NCBI GenBank assembly: GCA_965202585.1
Contig: OZ241826.1
Coordinates: 80,166,001 to 80,230,000 of the forward strand
Length of the DNA: 64,000 nt
Source of the DNA: Thalia democratica
Lineage: Eukaryota
Direction: 5' to 3'
Part shown: one piece after another, positions 26,001 through 39,400 of the stretch
How the letters are laid out: each line of letters begins with the position of its first letter
Numbering within the stretch: position 1 is the stretch's first letter
Notes under the pieces: generated by a model
Database searches by the model: none
The model's input: only the letters and a program-made list of their open reading frames with translations
Told to the model about the DNA's origin: nothing
Position numbers and translations under genes: made by a program

Positions 26001-28287
26001 TTATTCGTAAAATTGCTCACAGTTGCTCTTAAAAAAAAACAACAAATTGTACAAAGTAAAAGTTTCCGTCAACATCTTTGCGCAGATAATATTTTGTTTT
26101 AAAAATAACTTTCTTTGTGTTCTTAATCTGTAGAAGAAGACTTTTTTGTAAATGTTTTGATTCAAGCCAACTTATTTTGCTATGCGAAAAGCTGTTATTG
26201 AAAGTATGCTAAAAATGTTTTGATGTTAAAAATAAATATTACATTAACTTTTTCGAAATAATCAAACATAGATAGACTATTTTTAATACTGCATAATTCA
26301 TTAGTCAATTTGCTGTTACTTAAATTTAAACTGAATAAAAGATTTAACTTACCTTAGTAAATTTAATACATTTTAGAATTTAATTAAATTTATTAATGTT
26401 ACACATATGTTTTGCCAAATATACTGTTAACTAAATATTTTGAAAAGTTTAAGTTTAAAGTTTATCTAAATTTAAATAGATATTATTTGAGTGGATTAAT
26501 TTTCATTCACATTAGGTTTTTTTATAGAAAAGCTAAGAACCAAAAAGCAACTGTTTGTGTATATACATTTATATGTAATTTAGAGTTAGTTACAGTTTTA
26601 GTTTAAAAAAAACGAGTTTTGTTTCCTAAGAGAAAGATGCTACATTTAATCATAACTGTTTTAACTTACTTTTAATGTTTTCATTATTTAACTTTTATTT
26701 AAAGATTGACGCTGGAACATTCGAATGTTGTAAAGAACATAGCAGCTGCATTCGGACAATTGGCGCCAAATTTACTTGAAAATGTTAACGTAAACTGCAA
26801 TTCTCAAATAGAAGAAGAAGTTTACCAATCAGAAGAACTAAAATCTTTTGAACTAAATCTGAAAAATAACTCAAATGATGTAAAAGAACATGCTGAAATT
26901 TCAGAAAAGTAAGCAGTTTTGTTGTTACAAAAACTTTATTTTTAGCTTAATTTAATTTTTTAAGCAAAAAAACCCTAAGAAGCTGCAATGATTTTTTTTT
27001 AGTTTTTATTAAAAATACAATCATACATAAGTTTAAAGCATACTTAGTATCAACTGATACGGCTAAAACTATAACTATAAAGCTAAAAAACATATACTCA
27101 ATTTTATCTTTAATATGGCTGTTATAGCTAACTTGATAGCTGTTAAAACATACACCTTGATACTTTTCAGGTTTATTTTTTTAACTTTTATTTTAGCAAT
27201 TCAAACAAGAAAAACGAGGGTGTTGTTAAAAAGTCAATACAAAAGAACGTAAAAAGACCAAGTAGTGTTCCTATGTAAGTATATTTTATACAATTCATTT
27301 AGTTATATACTTAAATATTAATATAGATATAGTTCAATGAAATAAAAATGCATACTTTGTATCACTTAGTTAAAGAAAATTATAAAATTTTGATTTTGTA
27401 AAGCAGATGTGGTAAAAATAATTTCTTCTGCATTGATGTGTAAAAATAAAGTAGTTTTTGTAAAACAAGAATTTAATTTTTTTATTTTCAGAAAACTTAA
27501 AGAAGCAACAAAAAAGCCAAGAATTTCTCGTTCACTCTTTGACTTGTAAGTTTATAGTACGTTGGATATAAAATTATGTATTTTAAAATGAACTGAAATT
27601 GTTTTGTTGTACAGAAATTCCTCTTTAGAAGGCGCTTCTTTTAAGAACTTTAAACTTCAGACCGATAAAACAATGCTAGAAACTGAACCTGTGTCTCACA
27701 CTTCAACAAAAAACGCTTCACTGCTGGGTGAAGCTAAGAACAAGACATCTTTCATGTCTGCTGACAAAGATACCATGGAAAAAATATTGAAAAATTCTGA
27801 TGAAATGAGCAAATGGAGTTGTGAAAGAGTCGGTCAGTATTTGGACGAAATCAATTTGGGGCAATATAAACAAGTAAGTTGAAAATATTTACTTCTAAAT
27901 ACACCATTTTACTTAGAAACTTCTTAACAGTTTGTGAAATTAAATTTTAACGTAGTTAAAAGATTGTTACTTAAAATTAAAACACTTTTGGAAAAAAAAG
28001 AAGTTCAAATTTTTTAAATTAAAGTTTTTAAAGCTGTTGTTTGTTCCACAACACGAAAAAAAATATAATTTTTTAAATTTTAACCATAACAACAGATCTT
28101 TCTTGACAACGGCATCAATGGCCATTCACTCCCATTAGTTACCGAAGACTCTTGCTTGAGCATGTTGCAAATGAAACTGGGTCACGCTCACACTCTCATT
28201 TCCTCCGTTCACCGTCACTTGGGGTCGTACTTCTTCATCCTCGAAGCTCATCATTCACCCTCCTCACCTCTTAACGATTCAGGGTAA
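23075..28287 (+). CDS. SAND-domain + SAM-domain nuclear protein, 564 aa, 11 coding exons (resembles invertebrate SAMD7/SAMD11-like SAND-SAM proteins; orthology not established)
   Basis: Exons 23075-23285, 24544-24767, 25069-25304, 25522-25642, 25721-25787, 25930-25978, 26705-26908, 27197-27274, 27492-27545, 27615-27873, 28096-28287 sum to 1695 nt with every phase consistent and no internal stop. N-terminal LEVTCGDNNALLYIARLSQGSKGKSILYELGGKQSWMHPNEFQAISGRETAKDWKRSIRHHGKSLKALMSKSVIIHHQNECECEWC carries the SAND signature KDWK plus a DEAF1/GMEB-like H..C.C..C tail. The C-terminal SAM reads WSCERVGQYLDEINLGQYKQIFLDNGINGHSLPLVTEDSCLSMLQMKLGHAHTL. Confidence 0.93.
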
Positions 28288-31200
28288 AACCTGATATTGA
28301 AACTTTGTTATTGTGCAAATTTTAAACTTACTTTTTTATTCGATTACACAGCGCTTCTAAAGATAACTTTTTGTCCTTTTTTGAGGTTTTTTAGAAATTT
28401 TTTTAATTTACTTTTGTTTAATATCTAAATTTTACAAAAGAATATATTTTATTGACTTCTTTTTTAGAAATTATTTTTTTTTCTTTTTCTTTTTTGAGTA
28501 AAAATATGTTTGTTAAAGTGAACATAAGTTTATTAGCAATTCTTTTTTTCTCTATCTGCAGATCGGCAGTGTTTGCTTTTTCAAAGTGCAAAATAAAATT
28601 TTATAATCTGAAATTAGTATGATGTTTCATTTCAAAACAATGAAAACTTTTTTGTACTTAATATTATTTTTAAATATCATTTAAGTTTGTACATCTACAA
28701 AAAGTTTATATAAAAATTCATCTTGATTTCTACATTAAGAAAATAATGTATTAACAAATCATCAGCAATTAATATTTTAAAATAAAAAATATGTTTTCAA
28801 TTCTTATTTTTTCATAACTATTGTAAAACTTTACATTTAGGTTTTCCTTAAAACTTATGAAAGACAAAATTTATCTTTCTATATTATTCAGTAAATGTTT
28901 TTTAATGAATTTTGTTATAAGTGGATAAATTCTTAAATATAGTATTTGTTGACATAAATTGTAAAACACAACAATTGTTTACAGTAAAAACATCTACTTT
29001 GAAGTGTATCAAAAAGTTTTAAAACATTACAAAAGTATTCATTTATACAATTATATTTTTGTAAGTAAAATTAAAAGAGTATAAAAACTTTAAAAAAGTT
29101 ATATTATTTCTTAACACTAGGTGAACTACTGCAACTTACAAAAAACAAATAAAGTAAGGTTGTTTTTATCTTGTATAACAGTTTGAACTTTTTTCTTAAT
29201 TTACAAAAAATATTTTTTTTAATTTAGTATTTATCTTTTTAACTTCGTTGATAAAAAACTTTCTAAGCAATTAAAGAAACAACTTAGTTTCTTTTAGCGG
29301 CATTTAAAGCTGATTTAATCTGCCAAGACCTTAAAACTTAGCATAATAATACACACATCGTTCTACAGCGAAACAAGTTTCGAAACCTTTTAAAAAATAT
29401 CAAACCACTTCATTCACACTGATACTAATAAGTCAGTTATTTGTAATTCAAACCGAAGTAAACTTTAAACAAAGCAAACCAACAATCTTTTGGGATTTAT
29501 ATTTTATTCAATAATTGCCTTCATACTATATGTTTGCAATTCAATTATAACTTGGTTCTAGAAAATATTAAACTAGTATTAAGACTATAGCGTAAAGCGA
29601 TTTGGCTTGGCTTTTGAAAAACTAGTTTTTGTTATAACAACTATAAGCGGTCGACTATGCTGTAAAAAAATGTTCCTCATGAGAATATTCCGTTTAATTA
29701 TAACTTTGTTCTAAAAGATTACTAAACTATTTTTGAGATTACTTTAATTTAATTCTTTTTATATTATTATACTAAATACAAGCGGCCTATTTATTTGTAA
29801 ACAAATCTATTCTTTTGAGAATAAGTTTACTGTAAATTCCCTGCAGGCTAAATTTATTACACCTGGCGATTTTTGTTATATATCTGTTTTTTTGCTGTTT
29901 TCAACTAAAAAAGTAGCTAAATTAACTTTGATAGCTACAAAAGAAGCTTACTAAGGAAGGAAAAAAAAAACTTATAAAATACTAACTTTTTCACACATAA
30001 ACCAATTTATAAATTATCATTAACTACCCGGCATAAACTGCCACAAAAGATAAAAAACTTCAAACGCTTTTTGTAATCGATATTGCAGTGAAAAGGCAAA
30101 TTACCTTCGCTTTTTGCTTGACACCACCATTTCCTGCCTTGTCGCAAATATCGCTGCAATTCTGAACCCTCAAATTTTTCGCGTGCCCTCATTATAGGAA
30201 GCCATCGTATTTGCCAACAGACGTTCACTGCTCGTTTGGCGAAGAATTTTTTATGTCAGTAAAAAAAAAACAATTTTTTTAAGTCGGTACAGTGTGTAAC
30301 TTGACAAATGATAATAAAGTAGCAAATGATTTAGAAATCACTTTAAGAAAAAATTTGTTAAGTATGACTTTTTTTATTAAAAATAAAACAATAAAACTTT
30401 AAAAATATACAAAAAAACAACTTTTAAAATTGAAATGTATTTTTACTATTTATCTTTCAGCCTTTTGTAATTTCAATCCTTTTAAATTAAAGTATTAGCT
30501 TATTTTTAAAAATTATGAAAAATTTCTAATGTACCCTAGATTTTTGTTATAACTAAAACTCGATACACTTGTATCAAACTAGGTGCTAAATTTTTCTAAC
30601 TAAAAGTTTTTATAAAATCTTATTAAGTTTTGCTGTGTTATTTTAATTAAATATATATGTATATATGTATAATATATGTATAATTTTCAATAAAGTAGCC
30701 TTTACAGTAATGTAAACATAATACTTACTACTAATTAATTGATACCAAGGCTTGTTTATTCTGCAAATAAACAAATCTAAGTTGAGTTATTTTATAAAAA
30801 ATTTAATTCGCAAATTTTCAGCGCAACTTGTGATAAATTAAGCATAAGCTGTTAAAATTGTTTTATGCTGCATATTTGGCTTCATTTAAGAAGAAAACAT
30901 TAATAAAAAGTTAACTTATCTAAAATGAAAATAAATTTACTGAAAGTAAGCTACTTTAAATTATTTGATAAACTATATTATGGTGGCAACTTTTAAGTTT
31001 CCTAAATTTATTTTAAAATTTTATTGCAGCTTCGAAGATGACTAATTTCTAAGACGTCATTCCAACGAGTAGCAAAAATCAATTATCCTTCGCGACACCG
31101 GTAAAAAACACCAACAAAATTTATATTGCGAAGTTAAAATAAAAGACGAGTCTTTTATTACGGTGAAATAAGAACTTAATAAGTTTCCCCTCTGCATTAG

Positions 31201-32791
31201 TAATTATATGCCGATTCTAATTAGTTTTCTTTGCTTTGCAAATAGTCAGCTCGCTAACAAACAAAAAGGTTTGAGTTGAATAACATTTTAAAACTTCGAG
31301 TTGTTTAATAATGTTAATTTGAAATTCTAAAGTGTCGATTTTTTATTGCAAAAAATTTGCTTCTTAATTAAATTGTTGGGTATTACATGATTGAGTAATA
31401 GGCAAAATACTTAAAATTTCTTGAGTTCAAAAAGAAAAAAAAAGTTTAGATTTTGTACATAAGAATGTTTTTTAATCTACTTCTCGAAGTCTTTCTTCTT
31501 TGGCTTTTTTGAAATATCTTTTTGCCAGAACGAAAAAAATTGGGCAAACAAATTTTTAGTAAACAAACCGTAAAACAAAAAAAAGTTATACTCTTGACTT
31601 TAATAATACTTTTGTTACCCTAGTGTTTAACTATGTCAAAACTTTAAAAAAATTAAATTTAAAAAATTTTAGTGACAAACAACAAAAAAAATCCAAATTA
31701 AAAAGTAAAATGTATATTCAATTTTATTATTTAATTGAACCGATTTATTACTGACCAAAAATGCTTCCAGCTCGAATTTCTTCTTAAATTTTTCAAACAC
31801 AAAATTTTCACTACAAGTCGTTTTATGCCACTGCGCATTACAACAAAACTACGCTAAAGAGCTGTTTGTTGATTAATGAACAGTTTTTAAGGCAAGTCAG
31901 CTTTTTTGTGGTTTTCAGCTTCCAATGTAGACAAAACGCTAATTTTACGGCTTTTCATTTTACAAATTCACAGCAAACACCGAGCTACATAGAGAAAGAT
32001 CGTAACTTAATTACAGCAGTTTACAAAATATTAAATTTAGTTCGTTTTTTTTTTTGGTTTAGTGGGTCGTTTTATGGTTTGTACTGGTTTTTGTGTCAAA
32101 GTAGTTTTTTATATTTTTTTACGTAGTTTAACAATTTAACTTTTTATATTTCTTGTTATTGAAAATTTATTATCTATTTTAAGCTTTGATTTTTTTTTCT
32201 TTTACAGTAATTTATCTTTTTTTTTTACTTCAAACGCTATGAAAATATTTTTAAGCATAGTTAAATCTCTTGTTAGTGACCTGCCGGATCCTAAATTTAA
32301 AAAAGATCAAGATCCAGATATTCTGGAAAGACTTTGTTTTCCGCGATCAGCTTCTTTCAGTTTTATATATTCATACTATTGTGTTTTGAATATTTAATAT
32401 ATATAAAATTAGTGAAGCGAAACTGACTAATTGAATTTTAGATAATTCAACCATTTGATGTAAACATACAGGTCGATACATCTGTTAGAATAAAAATAGT
32501 AAATTGTTAACTTAAGGTTTCTTGCAGATTTGATTCTTCTCTAACTTACTACTAACTCTATAATTTAGTTCTATTCATAAACTTAAAATGTTTTCTTATT
32601 AAATTTAAAACATATTTTTAAATTTTAATGTTTATAAATTCGGTACAAATACCCCTAGTATAGATGAAAAATAGTGTATAGTAATATAAAATATTTCTAT
32701 GAAAAGTTTAAGATTCCGTTGAACAACTGGTGCCTCTTAAAGTTATGGTCACCTAACGTTTCAGATACTTTGTACTATATTGTACTAAAAA

Positions 32792-33133
32792 TAAGTTATT
32801 TAACTTAATAAATTAAATCTTTCACACGGAGCCCATCTTAAAAGCTTTTTTTTTAAAAAGTTTTATTTCAAGATGTAATACTTATAGGAAACGAGTTTCG
32901 TTAACTTCACAATAGTTTCAAAATTACGTCACAATCTATTTATGTTAAATTTTTTAAACTTTCATTTGTGTGTTTTTTTGTGCTTTATTTTGAACTAGCT
33001 TTGAAGTTAATCAGTGCATGAGCACGAAACTTGAATCCTTCAAGTTTTACATTTTGAAATATAACTTTTAATTAAAAAAGCCTTTAAGGTGGGCTCCGTG
33101 TGATAGTTTTGATTTATCAAGTTAATTAACTTA
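32792..33133. repeat. Long imperfect inverted repeat (fold-back/MITE-like), arms ~140 bp, spacer ~55 bp
   Basis: CACACGGAGCCCATCTTAA (32823-32841) pairs with TTAAGGTGGGCTCCGTGTG (33084-33102). Pairing extends outward (TAAGTTATTTAACTTAATAAATT / GATTTATCAAGTTAATTAACTTA) and inward (ATTTCAAGATGTAATACTT / AAGTTTTACATTTTGAAAT). Confidence 0.8.
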
Positions 33134-33734
33134 ATTCTACATATATGTAATCCTTATATATCTATATACATATAAAGTATTTGGTTAAGGATATTTGTTA
33201 TATTAGTTAAGAATGGCAGCCACAAACTCAGTATACTAAGAACACTCAGGATAACTCTGGATATTTTTAATTTGTTAAATGTTTTAGATAACTCAAGACA
33301 CTAATGCATAGTAAAACCTTTTTCAAAAAATTATGCTAACTAAGGTTTTTATAAAAAAAACTCTGGGTAGTTTTAAGACTTTTCAAAACTTCACAACTGT
33401 TTTTTTAGATATTGAATAAAAATTAAAAAAATAGTACCAATACTTTAAATTACTTTTTTTTTATATCTAACTTTATTGAAAGATTAGATTATAAAAATTT
33501 GTTTTATATTATCCCAGTTGCTATCTCTTTTTACAATTTGACAATTTTTCACAACATAAGTTTATTAAACATCAAAATTAGCATATTTTACATAATTTTT
33601 AATACATTTTAAACGAAAAAAAATTGTAAGTTGTAAATAAGTAGAAAAAGAAATATCTTTTTAGGATATTTACAAATCAGTATAACTCAGACTAGTTTTA
33701 GGTTACAAAGTACAGGATAGTTGTAAAACTTAGA

Positions 33735-33995
33735 GATTCAGTTGATGAAGAGATTGAGACATATATTTCTTGGGCTGAAGAAGTCAAAGAAGCTGAAGTT
33801 TTGTCTTGGAACTCAAACAAGAAAAATGAATCTATCAAGGTTTGCAAGAAAGCATCTTTCGGCACCATTAACTTTTGTTAAGTTTGAAAAATCGTTTTCA
33901 GAAGCTGCTAACTTGTACGAACAAAAGCAAAATCGATCGGTTCTAAAAACTGGCGAAAATATTTTATTTCTTCATCACAACTTAAAAAAATATAA
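33735..33995 (+). pseudogene. Frameshifted hAT transposase C-terminal dimerisation-domain remnant (ZBED4/Ac-like)
   Basis: DSVDEEIETYISWAEEVKEAEVLSWNSNKK, then a frameshift into LSRFARKHLSAPLTFVKFEKSFSEAANLYEQKQNRSVLKTGENILFLHHNLKKYN. This follows the hAT dimer pattern 'LARKYLSAP.SSV.SER.FS.AGN.Y..KRNRL..EN.E.LLFL..NL'. Confidence 0.8.
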
Positions 33996-34949
33996 TAGTT
34001 TTCTTTGCAGCTTAATGGCGTTAAAATGAGTAAATGTTATTTACTTAATTACTTACTTTTATATATGTAAATAGTTGCTAAAGAATTTATTGTTCATCTT
34101 ATAGTTCGAACTTTTTTAAATAAAAGTATAATCTAAAGCTTAATATAATGTAAAAAACGAATAAAATTCGTTATATTTAAAGCATTCTTACATTTAGTTC
34201 CCTTTTCTTTTACGTCATACAAGGTACAAAATTCAAGTTTAGTCTTATAAGTAGCTTAAAATTTAACATTAAACTGAGGTATTGTAGATGTATATTTTTT
34301 TTTACATTGATATTTTTACTAGTGTTCAAATAAAATAATTAGGTAACAACATAATTGTTTTTAACAAAATGTTTGTATTAAACAATATTTACTAATTAAT
34401 GGTATTATAATAATTAAATTTTATAAGTTTGTTCTCTATTATAACTACATAAAACTCAAAAGACTTAGGATCTGGATCCTGTAGAGAAATAGTGCTTGTA
34501 TGTATTAGATGGTCTATAAGCTAGAATGTAATGCGATTTAACTTTTTTTTATCACTTTTTGAAAAATTTGGATAATCAAGGATATTCCAAAACAGATCAT
34601 ATAGTTTTGATATAAGTAGAACTTATTTAGCACTAATAAAGTTTATCTAACATAATTAAAACAGTATGCTACTATTTGAATTTTAAAATACATTTTAATT
34701 ACATTAATTATTTGTTATTGTTTTTACAAAGTAGATGTTTTTTATTCAGACAAAACTTAAAAGTTTTTAAAGTTATTGATTCTTAAAAAAAAATATATAT
34801 TAAGCAGGTTTTTACATTAAAACATCTTAATTAATTTCTACTTTACATTATCGCCCCTCCTACGATTTAGCGGTAGTTTTCAGAAATCAGTCACCGCTCG
34901 TAGATGTCGATAACTTTCCGGCAATTCAGCCAATTAGCTTTCATGAAAG

Positions 34950-36490
34950 TTCCCGAGACCTTGTTGCCATACCACCTTGGTTGCCAAGGTAAAGGTCATC
35001 GCTTATCAGCTTAATTTGATTGGAGATTAACTGTCCGTAGCTCGTAACCATGGCGACAGAAATAAATCAGCAGCGGTATTATAACCATGTATTACTACTT
35101 GTTGATAAGTAAATAGCTTGTATATGAGTAATTATATTAAGCATTTTTTGGCCTTTTGATTTATGACCTTTTTGGTAGCAATTAAAGAACAATTAAACTA
35201 TTAAATAACTTAATTCTAAATCGGTTACTGTCGCGCCTTTTCTAAAAATTGTTTATATTGCTTTTTAAACAAACTGAAAATCAAAAAGACTTGGTTTTAA
35301 AGCGAGCTTTTTGTTTGATATTAAGTTTTATTGTTATTCAACTAAAACTGTTTACTAAACAGAATAAACCGTTATTTACTTTGATTGCGTTATTTACTGT
35401 TGAGCTATAAACTTTTTTACTCTACTTTTACTTCAATCATAAAGCTCTGAGTTTTTGTATAAAGTTTTAGTGCAAAAATGCAGTAATTAATTGAAACTTA
35501 AGTATGATGCAAAAAATTAAAACATCTTTTAAATATATTGGTTTTTGTATTTTATTAATAGTCTTTTTCAAAAAACGTCGAGGCAAGTTATCTATTTTAC
35601 ACTTTAAAATGTTATTTACTAGTTTACTTTCATTTATAATTATTTACGACAGATCATTTGCATACTGTCGTAGCAACGACCAACTTAATCATCATCTGGT
35701 TTCAACGCAGCTCACTTCTGGTATGACGTCATATCAATTTATGTCGTCATCACTAACAACAACTTCCGCTGTAGCTCGTCACTAATGTCCTATTGTTACT
35801 AGCAGTAACTGAACGGAGGTCGTCAAACCGATGTTTTTATTTCTTTATTTTTGGTTATATTTAATTAGTTTAAACGGTTGCTTTAATTTTGACCAATACT
35901 TTTATTTAACCGTTTACAACACTAAAAAATAAGGAGATATTAAATTTTCTTTAAAAACTAAATCTAAATTTATACTTTTCTTACTCTATAAATAAGCGTT
36001 TTAAGATAATAAAAAAAGCAAGTGTTGTAAAACAAAACACGATGACCATTTCTGCCGCGTACGTTAAGAACATTGAAAAATACTAGAGATGAAAACAATT
36101 GTATGAGCTTGATATACTTGATAGAAATAATACGAATGATTTTCATTGTTTGAAAAAGTTTGGTAAATCCAAAAAACTAAAACTAAAATAATATTGTTAT
36201 TTAAATTAACTGAAAACAAAGATCTGTAAAGCTTAAAAATACTTATTATAAGTTTATTATTTTGCAGTAACGATTAGTTATTCAAGCAATTTTAAAGCAA
36301 AAAAATCCGTTAGTAAAATAAAGCACAAAACTTTTCTGTCTTTTTTTTATCAACCCTTCCAAACTGCCACCCTGATCGACAAAAGGACGAGAAACAATCT
36401 CGTTGCTAGGACAACGCGTCAACGTGTTTACGGTGCAAACTTGCTTAAAAACCCCATCATCAGATTTAAAAGGTCAGTAAATGATACGAA
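34950..36490 (+). repeat. Direct paralogue of 19800-21000 and inverted paralogue of 9390-10900
   Basis: X-element core CCACCTTGGTTGCCAAGG...CTTATCAGCTTAATTTGATT at 34960-35030. Copy of orphan exon 2 at 35674-35830 (NDQLNHHLVSTQLTSGMTS...). CCCTGATCGACA...GTTGCTAGGACAACGCGTCAACGTG at 36370-36430 is the reverse complement of 9450-9520. Confidence 0.8.
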
Positions 36491-39400
36491 GTAAATGAAA
36501 GATTCGCTCTTATATGATTTGCTGTGAAAAAACCATAGAAAAAAATAAGTGATGTGTTTTAATTTTAAAGCTATAAAGCTCAAATTCGTTCTAAATAACT
36601 AAGAAATCTGACGGTTTTTAACTATCGGTATAAAACGTCATTTAAAACTACATTTAATCTACAAACTTATTGCAACTTTTCTAAAATTTGCTTATAGATT
36701 ATATAGAATATGATTAATAAGTTAAAGCATCTATTTGCTAGTAATTTAGAACTAATAGCTACTTGTTGTTATTATATCTGCAAATGTTTTAGACTAAGAA
36801 ACAAACGAGCATATGAATTGCTAACACTAACGGCTTCATGTGTGCTTTCGGATTATAAATGTCCAAGTTAAAATTTATGCCTCATTTGTCCTCATTACTA
36901 TCAATTTTTAACGAAAACACCGAAACACAAATCGGGTAGCGGCTAATATTTTCTAAAATCTGAGATTGTTTTATTACTTTGCTTAAAACACGAGAGATAT
37001 TTTTGCTACTAAATTCTCGTTTTGTTTTGTTTGTTGACTTTAGGGCAACAAAGGTATTTGAAAAAGCTAAATATATGAACTTATTATTTTTATTTTCATT
37101 TTTAAGCTATTGAACTATCAGCTTTCATTTAATCTAGTGTCTGCTGAAGCTTAACATAGTTGATCAAGATTGTTTGTCTATATTGGATTATTTGAGCAAT
37201 TTCATTGTTTTTTCAGACTGTATTTATTGAACTAAGTTATTTATAATACCGCTTCTTTGCTTGTTTGTTGAATAAAGCTTGTTTCTGATGATGTTGGATT
37301 AAATCAAAAAAAAAAAAAGAAAGAAAAGCCAAGTTATAAAACAGTCATGTACTTTCAAAAATATTTAAGTTCAGTTTCTGAACAACCTTTAAATTTTCAT
37401 ATGTTTCTACGAAGCAATTGTCGGTACACGTTTACTTATCGTTATAATTTATCAACTCTGTAAAATTAAAAGCCGAGCAATTCTGTCTCGTGGGTGAAAT
37501 GCGAAACATTTTTAAACACGCCTTTCAAAGTTAAAAGATAATTGCTAAGAATTCTTATCTTTTTTTTGTAAAACGTTTGTAAGAATTACTGGCAGAAATT
37601 AGCATTTGTCAGCTGTTCTCAATCGTATTTAGTTGCGAAAGACTTAAAAAGAAAATTAATCGAAGAAACTGGCCGAATAATCTAATTAAACTTTTCAGCT
37701 AAACGACGATGGCGGAACAACCGCGGCAAATTTGGCGTCTGGTCGCTTTTTAATGAAGAGCGCAAATTTTAAGTATTTTGAGTTCTGCGCCTTTTTATCT
37801 ATCTATCTTTTTTCTAATGATTTAGTGAATCTAAGTACAACAAAAATAATAAAGTTCAATAAGTTTCAGACAAGACTATACTTAAAATAGTAAGTGCTGA
37901 AATGATTAAAAATATAAAGTTTTTCAAGTATTTGTATGTATAAAACTATAAAAATTATATAAACCTATAAAAAAGCTTAAAACAAATGTTGAGTTTAAAC
38001 TGACCGCAAAGGAATGCTCTTTTGAAACACCGTTATTTAAGCAAAGTATATCCACAAGTAATAATAAATTAACCAGTTATAAAGCAGCTTTGCATTAAGA
38101 AGCAAGCTAAAACTCATCTGAGAATTATGCTTTAACTATCCCACAATTAGTTTCAATTTTTTTTTTTCTAAGGAAAACTTTAGAGCTTTTTTTTATAATT
38201 GTTGATAAAAGTTAAACAAAATTATGATTAAACGAAAAATTTTATTTAAAAACTCGGAATAACTACATTAATAATTTGGTATTATCGTAAATCAGTACTA
38301 AAGTTTTTATTAGGAATTTTTTGTTACTTTGAAGTTTTATATTGTGTAAGTTATTTATTATTATTATCAACAGAGCTAACTTTTTTAATGCAGCCTTTGA
38401 AATTTTTTCTTTAAGTAATCTGTAGTAAAAGAAACTAGAGATTGCACAAGGATGTATGCGGGTAACTAGCAGTCGATACTGTCTACAAAGAGCTTTAAAT
38501 ATGCATTAACTAACCGTAATTTTTTTTTCTTCCACACTAAGCATTGCGGTTTTTTCTCGTTATTCATTAATAACTCGTAGAAAGGAGTAGGTTTTTTTTT
38601 TGTTGCATTGTTTCGTTTTTGGCGAGAATTCTTTTGAGATTCTGCGCTGATTTGAGTTAAGTGATTTGCTTCTAATGAGCTTGTTTTGTCAAACTTTCAC
38701 GAAACGAACATTAGTAGAAAATGAGTTGTTGTGTTTTTGTAAAATGCAAACTTTTCAACAGAAAAGTTAATAAGTTTTTAAGCGTGTAGTTTTATGAAAT
38801 GTTTATTTTATGATCTTTTTAAGTTAATATTTAAAATTACTTGTTAATTTCAAATGCTCCTTAGATTTTACACTTTTTTTATTGTTTTTATGTTAGAATG
38901 TAAACTTATTAATTCAAAGCTTAAAAACGATATAGTTATTCTATTTTTCAACAAATCACGTGTTTGTTTACAAATAAGTGACTGTAACTTTACCTATAAA
39001 CAATTTTAAACCATTAAAAATATTAAAATTAAGGAAAGATGCGATTATCTCTAATTTTAAATTAGTTTAAGAGAAATATTAAAACTCAAAAAAAAAACTT
39101 TAAGAAAACCATAAATAAGTCTTGTAACACCATTGTTCAATGTTCTAAAGTACAAAGTATATTAGAAAAGTTCGTTTCTTAACGGTTGTAGGCAGAACTC
39201 ACACCGTTATAAATTAATTATGATAAATTTGTTTACAAAAAAGTAAACTAATATATTTTACGTACTCTCTTAAAAAAGTAGTATTTACAAAACTTAGTAA
39301 TTGCGTATCGAAAATAATTATTATTAGTTTAATTCAAAGCTGTATGAATTTAAAATGTTGTGAAGTTGTGTACAAAATTGATCTACGAGGGGTTGAATAC

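Larger units (their letters stand above)
32274..34490 (+). mobile_element. Probable extent of an old degenerate hAT element containing the transposase remnant
   Basis: TAGTGACCTGCCGGATCC...AAAAAAGATCAAGATCC at 32274 resembles the TAGTGATGTACCGGA/CCGGATCC left end of the 48858 family. GGATCTGGATCC near 34468-34480 may be a right subterminal remnant. No TSD is recognisable. Confidence 0.45.
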
